From NCBI GenBank assembly GCA_904063045.1, contig CAJFCJ010000002.1:4149891-4213890 (forward strand): 64,000 bases of DNA. The letters are read 5' to 3'. Made by a program: the position numbers and the translations under genes. Positions 48,450 to 60,740 of the stretch are shown here, piece after piece (positions within the stretch are counted from its first letter, which is position 1; the number at the start of each line of letters is the position of its first letter). Below the pieces are notes generated by a model, which saw only the letters and a list, made by a program, of their open reading frames with translations, had not been told where the DNA came from and searched no databases. This DNA is from Dimorphilus gyrociliatus. Taxonomy: Eukaryota; Animalia; Annelida.

Positions 48450-48600
48450 TCAGCAATGGCGCCCTCAATCGCATATAACAGCAACGACGGATTAGGGAAA
48501 TGCGAATAGTCCTCCACTGGAGCGCATGCGTAGAACATTGTATCACGTGCTCACTACAGTCTGTTGGCGCGTACAATGCGGAACGGATAAAAAATTACTT
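48450..48600. promoter_or_regulatory. GC-enriched putative bidirectional promoter
   Basis: Lies between divergent ATGs at 48299 (-) and 48643 (+). Contains AATGGCG (YY1-like, 48455), GCGCATGCG (NRF1-like, 48522-48530) and TCACGTG (E-box, 48543-48549). Confidence 0.55.
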
Positions 48601-48642
48601 CTATAATATATCAAAGACGTGCTTTAAAGATTTACTTTAAAA

Positions 48643-51600
48643 ATGGATACTAGCGACCCAGATGAGAACTTCGATTTGGAGCAACTTGAACAATCTCAAG
48701 ATTCGGAAGAAAGTCTTTCTGATAACTCTGGGAGTATACAATCAGTTGTACATGTAGGATCTTTCGAAAGTCCTCGTGTATCACCTTGTTGTAGTAATGG
48801 AAGCGACGTTGAGCGTCACATTTATGCTGAAGCGCGACATCCTGAAGATTCTTCCTCAGATGAATCGGAAGGGAAGAGACGCAACAGCGATTCATCATCT
48901 AGTTCGGAGAATACTCAAATGTAAAGAAATTTTTTACTTTTTCCTCTCTTTCTATCTTAATCAATCTAATAGGGATTGATCTAAGTGGTGAAAACTTTCG
49001 AAATCTGTCGATTAAGTTTACTTTTGACGCTAAAGTAAAACTTGTAGGATTGCTGAGATAATTAGTGTTCACGGACGCTACCTGTTGATCGATTCTACCC
49101 GGCGTCTTTTGTTCCGGTCCACAAAAACTGGAGCGATCAATTATGAAAACGTTTATTTGCTGTTGCAGTTTTAGCTGGTGGGCTTTGTTCCTGTTTTAGA
49201 TTTTGCTCTTATCTTTTCATTCTTCGTTCAAGCACCCATTCATATATGTATAACCCTCTCCGTAACATGTCCGCAGGCGTCTCTAAAAAGGCGTCTCTTT
49301 CTTTCCTTCTCCCTTTCTTCAAATATCAGCTTCCTAACAGCACTTTTATACTTATTTGCTCGAACACAAATATGAAAATGTTTTATACAACGCCTTCTTT
49401 TGATGCTGCGTGCGCTTGTGTAAGATGCACAGATTTTAACATGCGTCACACGCCCATATAAATTGGCGTTGGAATTTCATTCACAACAATTTCTTCAATG
49501 GTTAAATAATTATCTGTCACATTTTCTATCATAATTTTACTATGTTTTATTTTCATTATCCGTTTTATCCTAGTCAAAATATCCACCGCAAAGCATTTAA
49601 AAACATTCCGTATTTGCAGTGCTTTTTTCTTGACATTAGTCATGCTAATTCCGCACTATACGCGTGTTTTTTTGTGTATAATGGTGAAAATTTCCCTAGC
49701 TATCGCCACCGTACATACTCAATAAAATCTTTAGTAAGAATCTGATACGGCAATGGATTTATCGAACATTCCCTCATAATGCAGTATACCATTTTTTTGT
49801 ACTGCAAAATAATCCAGGTAGCTGGAATGTACCGTTCGTTATTTGCGAACTGAAATTAGTCATTGATGACAAATGAATGTTTTTAGATCTATTATTGTAT
49901 TTCACATCCTTGATAGGAGCGTGTAACAGATTTTCCATTAGGAATGGCTTAGTTAAGGCCTACTTAGCCATCAGACAAATCATCTTATTTAGAAAGTATA
50001 CAACTGTTACGAAGGACATTTTCGATTACGCAGTGAATTATATTTTATTGCTGTTTGTACTTTGCATGATTTGTTGTACGTTCAGTAAATTTGAGGTGGT
50101 AAGGCAGGAAATTATATAGAATACGTAATACCCTCAACAGTCTAGCCTATGCAATACTATATCCTAATTATATTACTAAAATGTGATAATATTTATTATT
50201 TGTTAAGCATTACGATAATTTTTTTGACCCTCACCAGAAAAGATATTCATTACGTATCCCTACCGCAATATCTACCGCAATTTTCACTCATTTATCACTC
50301 AGCCAGACATTTAGCGTCGGTCCGTAGAGACGGCGATCGACGCTCGCGCACGAGTTGCAAAAGGTCATTCGAATACGGATTAGACGCCGCATTGTTCGGA
50401 GCGACGCCGCGCGTGCGAATTTCTCCCTTTTTCTACTCTTTTATTTTCACCCCTGCGTTTCACACGCATCAACGCCTCTAATTTTGTCTGTGTGAAGGAC
50501 ATAAACCATTCTCTTTAGTAATTCTTTAACGATTAGTAATAACTAACTATCTTTTAATAATACTTTTATCTTCTTTCCCTTTCTCGAATCTCTATGTGTC
50601 CTTTATATGCAAATATTCACCACCGTATTTATGCTTTGCTTTAGGTTTATAGTAAAATAAATATATAGATATCTATATGTTTATATACAGTATATAGTTA
50701 TATATCAATAATGCTAATAAAGAAAGGAAAATTAACTACATTTTGAGGAAGGTTCTATATGATAGATTGAACAGTTTTTTCTTATTCTCCGTTATCTCTG
50801 AACAGTAGCTTAATACATGTACTTTGCATTTAACTTCTCTCTATATGTAGAGATAAACATGAGAACAATCTCTAGGATATTATTTCACATATTGCGTATA
50901 TACTCTTTTCTTTAGTATTTTTTGCAGTTGACTAATAATTCCTTTTGGAGCTTTTTCCTGCTCATATTGACATTAGGCAGTTAATCGCTATTGGAATTTA
51001 TTGATAGGTGATCGGGTGTGAGGAGCTTAGGCCTACGTGGCTTAAACGCAGACGGTAGAGAGTAAATCCTATAGAATATATGGGAACGCTTTTTTTAACG
51101 AAGCTTACGAGTTCCATTGTCGAAAAATTTTATGTAGAATCGAATTTTACGGTGTACATCTGTCGCTACTATTAATTACCATGTATTATTGGATATTTAT
51201 TGATTTTTACAGCTATTTTAGGGATAATAATATGGAGTATGACTTTCTCCATCTATTAATAGTAGCTAGTAACTTAAACACCATATATAAACTCTATGTA
51301 TTCTATGTAAATTATATACTATACATCTATAAATAGACATAGCGTATGAATACGATTAATTATCGTATTGTTTACAAAATATTATTTATCAATTTGATAA
51401 TTTGATCATTATAAATCATGTTGCTGATGAGAAATATAAGCTTTTTCTTCCTTATTTTTGCTCATTTGTTGAGGTTGAATATATTTGTTAAGAATGAATA
51501 AGCTCTCTATATAGACTCGAAGATTTATTCATGAATATGCAAATGTTTTTATAATAAATATTTATTATTATTACTATTTATCAACTCGAAATATGAACTT

Positions 51601-54600
51601 AGAGAGAAGAAAGAAAAAATTGCAATTAGTATTATTATGACCTTTATTGATTAGCATTAATAATTCTATTTGTACATTTAAATGACTTGAATAGTTGTTT
51701 TCCTCCCTTCTAAGCCTATTTTAATTTTAATTAAATCAAGAAAGGTCTAATAAATTCACTATGTATTTTATTAATGGAGTTATAATAAAAGTTGAATATT
51801 AGCTTTACACACTTGATTTGTACGAAAGAATGATAAAAGAAACACATTTTCGTATAAAATAGGAGAAAAATGTGTTTTATATATATATATATTTTTATAT
51901 GCATTTGTTATAATAAAAAAAAATGGTGAGAATTTTTATGGTTTACAATACGCTTATCTGGTTAATAAATCCACTTGAAATCAATAAAGAATTCTTTAAA
52001 GGTTTTAAGAACCTGCTTATTAATTTCACCTGAAATAATTACACTTATTATCGTCTAATTTCTATACATAATTCTGTACAAAAGAAAAAAGAAAGAAAAA
52101 AACCCAAGTGTCTATCTGTTTAGCTACTTTTAAGATTATTTTTTATTTGGGAAAAGACTTGCAACAGCAAAATACTGCAGTATTATCATGAAAGATATAA
52201 ACAATTGGATTTTCTAGCAAATACTTTTAGTAAAATATATATTTCTTTTTTATGTTTTGCAGTTGGATTTCTCAACAAAAGCAACTTCGATCTCACAACC
52301 AGTTAATGCAAAAATTTCAAAGGCATGCGTCTAATAACTTATCTACTAGCTCTGTTATGAGGAACAGCATGATATCATGCAATTCTAGCACAGGAAGAAT
52401 AGAAGTAACGCTGCACGAAGAACATGGAAATGGCGTCGATTCCGGTAAGTTTATTAATATAGTCGTAAATTATTTCACTTAGAATTTAACAAGTAATAGA
52501 CGCTTATCTTTTGTAAGAAATTAAGAATTATTAAAAAATAGGCCAAATGTATCTGGAAAAAAAATTGCGGGACAACAACTTACTAATTAATTACGCTTTA
52601 GAATCAAAGTTATAAAAGTTGCCTGGTAGGGTACTTTTTATGGATTTCGGTACAAATAAGAAAAACCATAAAAATGCTAGAAACGTAAAATTGCCATAAT
52701 ATCAAAGCCAAGCAGGTAACTCATATTGTTATTGTTTCATTTTTACGGTCATAAAGAGATTGCCTCTGCTCTAGAAAACGCCTAAATTAATATGTTCATT
52801 CGTCGAAAAACTACTATTGGAATCCTTATAAGTTCGAATTTTACTCGTAGAAAAGCTAAACTGTATTAAAATTCAAAACTCTCTCTTCGTTATAAACTTA
52901 GACCTAATTAGCGTACATATCAAATAAGTTCACTTGGCAAAGGAAATTCCCTTTGGAACGTCGATTCGACGCTTTTACAGTCTTTTTTGTAGAAGTAAAT
53001 GGAATTTTCTTCCTACTTTGATGCGTTTCTGTTAAGTATCATTTCATAGGTTTTTGACGGGCGTGGCTCTTCAAATTTATACTAATTTCTAATATATATC
53101 TTATTCATAGATTTTTTTCCACTCTTATCCCGATTCATCTAATTCAGTTTCTGATTAAAACTCAAACACGTAAGAGATCACGTGGAATAATACATATAAT
53201 TTATAGCTTTCTGACAAAAGTACACGCAATGAGCTCGTTTATGACTGCAAAAGTCTGTTTTTTTTCGCTTGTAGATGAGTTCCAATACTTTTGCGTAAGT
53301 GGCTTTTTTTAGTGCGATATTCAGGTAAAGATTACACGTCCTTAGTACTTTCACTAATGAAGGCCATAGTATAGATAATTTTTTAAATATTTTGGTCTTT
53401 CCAGACGGCTAAAAGGTTAAAAGCTTTTTAGGAACATCTATGGAAATTAATCTATTGATTCCTTAGCATCGAATTCTTTCTTTTGTATGCTAAGGTTCGA
53501 ATTACGAATTGTAAATATATTGTCCTTTATTGTATGACTAATATTTGATGAAAAAAAAACAATCAATGTACACTCTTCTTTGCAATCTGTGCGGATTGTT
53601 CTTGGACAAAGCATCTCTTATAGCTTACACGTACAAATTTCTGTACTAAGACATTGGAAAAGAGAGAACGTCTCGTAAAATTTTGTACATGAAATAGACC
53701 GTCTATTCAGAGTGTTTAATTATTAAGGAAAACCGGGAGAATTCCAAGGACATTAACAAAAGTGGTATCGGATTCGAAGAAAAAAGAAAGAAAATTTCAG
53801 ATGAATTTATGATGATTGCAGGTTCTGAAGGGGTATAAGCCTCTGGTAGACAGTTTCAACGAGCGTCTACATAATTTATGACACATATTAACTTTAGAGA
53901 GTAGAACATAAATGGGCAACGTTCCCTGATTTAAAAGAATTCCCTTGTGCTATTATGACATGAGTAAGAAACGAATGGGAGACGTACCTTGAAGAGACAA
54001 AAAAAAACATAAAAGACGCTAGTACAAGCTATATACATCATACAAAAATTAGAAAACGAATGATTTTCTTTTAATGAAAAGATTTAATTAGTAATCTATT
54101 ATTCATTATAAATTTCAATAGATAAATTCATCCTTCAACTTGTAAAATAACAAAAACAGGAAGTTCAAATCGTATTCAATTTTGCACTCGGAAATTGCAG
54201 TTCAGTAGAGAATATATAGCCACGTTTTGTAAACAATTTCAAGAACATCATCAAACTATTTGTACGCCGAAGAGCTCTGTCAAAATATATTTATACATTA
54301 ATTTTTGTATCAGAGAAGATGCTCAAGATAAAAGCCTTACAGAGATCAGTGCTATTAGTTTAGGAGACTTATTAAGACCTCTCGTATAGGCACGAATTGT
54401 CAACTAAAGTTAATTACGATCGTCAACAGGTGATGTGAAAATTTTAGATTATTAATGACGAAACTCTATATGCATCCCTCTAAGTTATCATTCTAGACAA
54501 TATATTTTCTCCTGTCAAAGAGTAAGGAAAAGTAATAAGCAAAATAAAGTTGAAGAGAATATCAAGGGGGTTTTAAGTGGGAGAGCAAAAAGACAAGACA

Positions 54601-57600
54601 ATAGTAGAGCATTATTTATATAAGAAAAGGGAGAAAGTCCATTATTCACGATTTATTGAGCAGAGTTAAAGAATGGTCAAGCTAATACAGATAAAACTTC
54701 TCTCTCTACTCTCCGTATGCGCAATGCTGTATTTTGTAATTGTTTATTGGTAGAAAACAATGCATTTTAGATATGAAATACACGTTTACGGGAGTAGTCG
54801 AAACATTTAGCTGTTTCAAACCTGACTAGATGAAATACAACCTCAAAAAAATTTCAATTATCTATGAGGCGAAAAAGACACGCGAAGGGAAAATCTCTCT
54901 TCCCTTTTACTTCTTCTATCTACTCAAAGTAAAAAAGTCATGCATCTTAGTTCATAACCGGCCTAGAAGCGCCTTGTTTTTTGGCAAACATTTACAAAAA
55001 CTCCTCATTTTATTTACATTAAGCGTCAACCTGCAACATATGCAGTAGCCTGAGCACTCGAGATAGAAATCTAAGCGGTATACTTAAACAGCATTGATCA
55101 AATGGTGCAATACAAAAAAAACTGGTAAATAAACGCCTCATAAAACATATTGCAGTTCATCCCACGCCATATAAGGCAATCAATCATCGCCTTAGCACAT
55201 GCTACTGCAAAAAAAAGTAATCGAGTATAGTCGACGGAGCAAACGCACCTGCCCACTAGTTCAAAGTGCAGATCAATAATAACGCCAGGCTGGTGACGCT
55301 CATCGGCGACGCTTCGAGACGCATGATTGCATTCTCATAGAAAGAGGTGATGGGGTAGTGCAATGAATAAATGATTATGGAGGAAGTGATAGCAGTGAAA
55401 TTTAGAAGAAATTTTTGTCTAGTCTTACAAAGTTCATAGTTGCTATTTAAATGGGGTCATATTTGTTACTTGTTACAGTGTTAATTATTTTAGGCGCCTC
55501 CTGTTTCTTCTGGTAAATGTTAGGCATTATTTTACAAGTTTCAAGTCTTACCGTAACGTTATTAACCAATCGATAGATTTCTTAGAAAGAAAAGGAGGGA
55601 AGATTTTATATAGCACGTTTTCTGTTAAGAAATTACTTTGTGTTTTCATTCTCTTGTATATTCTTCTGTGTACTTAAAAAATTTACATTCTTTATCACCG
55701 ATTTATTAAAATTCTCCATAAAAACTTTGGTGCAAACGGATAATAGAAGAGATTATAATTAGAAAGAGAAGCTTCATAAGGCTTATTATTGTGAATCCAC
55801 GAGCGTCATTCTCAAGCAATGAGAAAAAGTCTACAATACCCTTTCCCTCTCCCCCTGTAGTCCATTCTAATTAGTATCAATCATTCTGGGGCCTTGGAAA
55901 AAGTAGGGTATAAAAAAACCTTGAAAATGTATATCTTTTCCCTGTTTTTACCAATAACATTTGCATACGCCTTATTTGTTCTATGTAAATAGAGTAAGTT
56001 ATAAATTGGTCGATCTGTTATTGTTTATCTCGTTTGCTATGTGAACACAAAAAGAAAAAATAGAAGAAAGAGAGTAATAGACAGGAAGAAAAGAAAGAAA
56101 GAGAGAGAGAGAGATAAAGGAAAAGGTAGGAATGAGAGAGTAAATTCATAAAATTCTTACCTAAAAAGCTTTTAATGATAAACAAAAGATTCCATAAAAG
56201 ATTAATGCTGAATAATACATTTTAAAACACTGAACATATACAAAAGGTGTCAGATATCACTTGAAAAAATTCCCACAACGATTCATATTCGAATCGCGTG
56301 TATCCTATTACGTAATAATTCGCGCGGCAGATGTTGGCGCTTTTATCGGAAAAAGCCTCTATTTACCGGGGCGTCTCTTTTTCGACGCCAATTGCATGGC
56401 CTAATCGCTTTTCGACATTCGAGATGACCGTCTGACCTCGTGCTTAATGGAACTGCTTGATTGATAGCTTAATCTTATCTTGTGTTTTTGTTACTTGTTT
56501 ACCAGGTTATCAGGAAAAATCAGTTGTGATAGGAAATGTTCTCACTATTATTTCATGGACGAGGCTTTATTAACGTAATTACTATGGTAATCTCTATGAC
56601 GATGAAACAGAAAACTAGAGACATAAGGTTCTCGAATTTATACTTTTATACTAAGGCAAGAAGATATCCAAGAATTAATTTTCTACTTGCTTTTTCTCAT
56701 TAATGGACGTAAAATCATAGTTTCTTTTACCATTAGAAAATTTAAGCCTCTGGTACTGCTTTCTCCGTTTATAACTAGCCAATTTCATTGGTGAATTATC
56801 AACTCTTTTACGAAGACAAAAAGAAACGCTGGAAGCTTTCTTTTTCATTAGTTGTCCATCCTGTAGCTACTCTTATTTTCTTCCAAAGATGTTTTCTTTT
56901 CCCCTTAATTAACATTACTAATTAACTTAATGATTTAGTCGGCACATTTTACGATCGGTTTATCTAGTAATTAGTCACGCGACCCTCGCCTAGAAATATC
57001 GATATCTCACCGTATTCAAGCCATTAATTATATTAGTAAAATCTCTCTTACTAGCTGATTAGAGTGCCTTCCACCGTAGATCGCTCCAGCTCTTCACTCT
57101 CAAGATCTTCAAACGTATTTAGTAATTGATCATGTGATCAGTCTTTGTTCAAATATTACGGGAAATAACTTTGAAGTTTGTAATATGAGCTAAATCAGCC
57201 GCTATTATCTTATGGGAATTTTGAAATCGGTTATACAATAAATTGCAGTTGAAGATAATAGTGGAACTCTTCAAACAAAGCTTGTTATATATATATCTTA
57301 TGAATTTCATGTATTTTTTATAGTATATATATTATGCGTCTCTATGTATTTTCTTTCACAATTGATTCTCACCAAACAAAACGTAAGCGACAAACAATTG
57401 TAGCTACAAAGAATAAAAGTGTTATGACTATGCACATAGATAAAATAGTAATACATTTCTGGTCTTCTCATATAATTAGTTCTCTTTGATTTCCACTGTT
57501 AGTTAAGATATAATTGCATATTTAATGTAATTTACCTTCTCCCCCTCTTTTTTACAGGGATTAGCGGTGAAAGCCACGGTGATGGCGGGTCTTCTGGGCA

Positions 57601-60474
57601 AGGTGATCCCAGCCTCCTTCCAAATACCCAGATGCCACCTCCCAGTCCTCCCATGATGTCCATACTAAAGAATAACGAAGCTCAAAGTCAGTGTACTCAG
57701 AGTTGTGCAGTAATGGAGGCTCATTTACGGTAACATTTGTCTTAGTTCTACTCAATTTCTAAGTCAAATAAACTTAGTCTAATATTTTTGGCATCCCGCC
57801 AACTAATCGTTAATAGACGCTTTTATTAATTAGTTAGATTAAACGTCTCTAGCCTGTGTCTCTTATTTTTAACAGAAACAGCTTACTCAACGTTACCAGT
57901 GGTAGTTACGCCCTTTTCATTATTGTGCTTGGATTGGTTCTATCTCTAGCAGAAACGTCGGATTGGAATTCCCCAGGAAATTACGAGGTGGATAAACAAG
58001 GGGATTAAGGGTAGGGAGTGACTGGAAATTGCCCAGATAATCCTAGTAATTTAGTTTGAAAACACTATTTTTTCGCAAATTACCAAATATTCTTGGTACA
58101 ATGATATATTCATTATTCTTTGCTAAATTATTATTTGAAGTTATCTATTTGTTAAGGAATGTAAGATAATCGTAATTTCTCCAGTCCTCTCATCCATCTT
58201 ATCTCATTGGCGCATAAATAAATAAACACGATTATTCAATTCTTCTATAATTAACGCCTACCACCCGCAGGGATTCTACATTTTCCTTTATGTCGTCGCC
58301 ATCGTATTTCTTGGATACGCATTTGGCATCTTGCTGAGAGCTCGAGCCGAGAGGAAAAGACGCCGGAAGTGGGCACACGATGATGAGGCGACGCTCGATT
58401 CGGCATTACTCACCAAAGTAAAAAATGCGACTGTTGGTGGTGTTATCGTTCGAACGGGTAGCTTTTATTTACGGCTTGGTGCCGTTGGTAAGTAATATAT
58501 TTCAAAATAAAGTACAGATAAAGTACTAAGTAGACGTTTAACTTCCGTATCACCATTAGACGCCTAATGCTGTTGTAAACAGCTTTACGCCTAATTTCAT
58601 AGTTTGTATATAATGCGGGGGAAATAAACTCACACGTTTTGCGTTTAATAAACTGTAATCGATGAGAAATTTCCCACTTTTTCACATAAATAAACGTGCT
58701 GCATGCATAATAGAGACTGTAATCATAAATTCACCTTTATATAAATAAGCGGCACCGTATTTCGATTGAAGTAATTTTTTGTACAAAAAAAATATTTATA
58801 AATACATTTATATCTTAGGATTTGGTATTGGTGCTATGATCCACGAAGGCCTTAAATTTGGTGAAATGTTTCAAGTTGACGTTTTCTCTCCTTGTTTCAG
58901 GTAGTAAATTAGCTCCGAAAAGCTCATTAATTTAATGTTATTAATTATTATTATTATTTATAGTTCTGCTCAAGCCGTTAGTCCGATAATTCATCTAATA
59001 TTCATTTTTGCACAACTCTACTTCATATTCTTAAATTCAAAGGTAATATTTTATGATTTTTATTTTTTAAATTGTCCTGCCAATTTGGCTCATTAAGATA
59101 ATCTATGTGTCCTGTTTCAGATGTATTTACATAATTATACCACATTAGCAAGATTCGGTTTGATGCACATGATCGCGACAAACGTTTGCATTTGGATTCG
59201 TACGGTATCCAACCAAGTTTTAAGGGATTTCGACAAATTTCACGCTCATCTAGTTCGTAATCGTGACGCTTTCTATCTATTTTTGCCTTAGTTGTAAATG
59301 ATTTCATCGCTTTTTTTATATTACTATTCAATATCTAAACTCAAATCGAATTGTAATAAGAAATCATCTTTCAGAGAGAACAGTCCACAACCGATTCGAC
59401 AATTTTATTTTCGCCGACCAGCCAAAACTCAACTCGCTTCGCTGCTCATTCACTAGAAAATGGTAAATTTTAGACCTAAGAAATTACATACGATGTCATA
59501 GGCCTATAATTTTGCAGACACTAATCGTTCTACAACGGTAAATTGCACGCGTCATGACATAATCAGTCACGTCGTAGCCCGAGCAAGCCCATTTCTCTAT
59601 CCCTGCACAGTTCAATATTGCTTTATTGCCGGGGGTAAGGGTTTAAATTCTTCTAGTTCATTTAAATTATTCATGGTATTTTACTACTGTCCTTTAAACC
59701 CTCATATAATACCTAATTGCAGCAATTCTGATTGTACTGTGGAAGAATATCGGTAAACGCCTGGAAGTTACGAGACCGTCAACGCCATCTACTAGCTCCA
59801 GTCGTCGAATAGGAGTAGATTGTGGCGGAGCAACTCGAGGCCTATTTTTAGGGGTTTTAATTCTTGTTCTTACTATTATATCAACAATCGTTCACGTCGT
59901 AATGTCGGCCAAATCAGAATTTCAAAATATCGGAGATTGCTTATCCTACGGAACGGAAGTAGTACTACAAATTTTTTGCAGCTTAGCTATATGCTTTGCC
60001 TGGTTTAGAATGAGGGATATGAAGTTTGATCACAGATTGGACAATAGTTTGGATGAAGGTCTTCTTCTTGTTTCCCTATCTTTTGTATATATATTGTCAG
60101 TTTTTGGTATTGTTACCGGACAAGCGAGGTCATCTAGTCTCCTAGTGGCCTCCTCAACTCTCTCAGCCATAGAATCTTCCCTACAGACGGCTTTCATCTT
60201 TCATGCTCTGAGGCGGTCGTCCTTAAAACCTTATCACGAAACGAAAAAACCTGGAAGACAATACGTGACTTTTCTACTTATTGCAAACGTTGCTGCTTGC
60301 GTACTGTGCGGCGTTCAAGGCATAAGGACGTCGATAGAGAACACAGCGTTCGACCTATTACCGTCTATTATCGTTAGAAGGTGCTCCTTACCCTTCGTTA
60401 TCTTTTATCGATTACATTCCGCTATTTGTTTGGCGAATGTTTGGAAAAATGCTTACAAACTAAAAAGAGACTGA
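48643..60474 (+). CDS. Otop: Otopetrin family proton channel with long acidic/Ser-rich N-terminal extension
   Basis: Exons 48643-48920, 52263-52444, 57558-57729, 57876-57987, 58271-58487, 58819-58900, 58964-59042, 59121-59252, 59375-59462, 59518-59634, 59723-60474, with phases matching throughout. Motifs GSFYLRLGAVGFGIG, FGLMHMIATNVCIW, ASPFLYPC, WKNIG, VDCGGATRGLFLG, LQTAFI, KPGRQYVTFLLIAN, IFYRLHS. The core from 57876 onward is certain. Linkage of the first two exons rests on splice phase only. Confidence 0.9.
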
Positions 60475-60740
60475 TCTCTTAGAGCAGTATTGATATATAT
60501 TTTCTAGTCATTGCTGTATTATAAATGTACCATAATTACTATTTTCTAATTCTCCCGTTTAACACATGTTCTTAAAATAATCTTTAAGGAAAACAAATGG
60601 AAAAAAAAAAGCAAATACAGTATTTAAATCAATTATGTTTTAATAATTTAAATAAGAAAATACTATCTTTTCTTTGTTTATTAATATTTTTGTTTATTTA
60701 TATCTCTTTTCTCTTTAATATACTAATCCCTTATTACACA

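Noticed and set aside
53717-54389. Coding-like segments in otopetrin intron 2 (KENRENSK..., MQFSREY...)
   Set aside because: Donors are weak or phase-incompatible as cassette exons and there is no domain similarity. Insufficient to call an exon, nested gene or TE relic.
59023-59331. Minus-strand 102-aa ORF, also 57561..57755 and 58443..58685
   Set aside because: Antisense to well-supported otopetrin exons.
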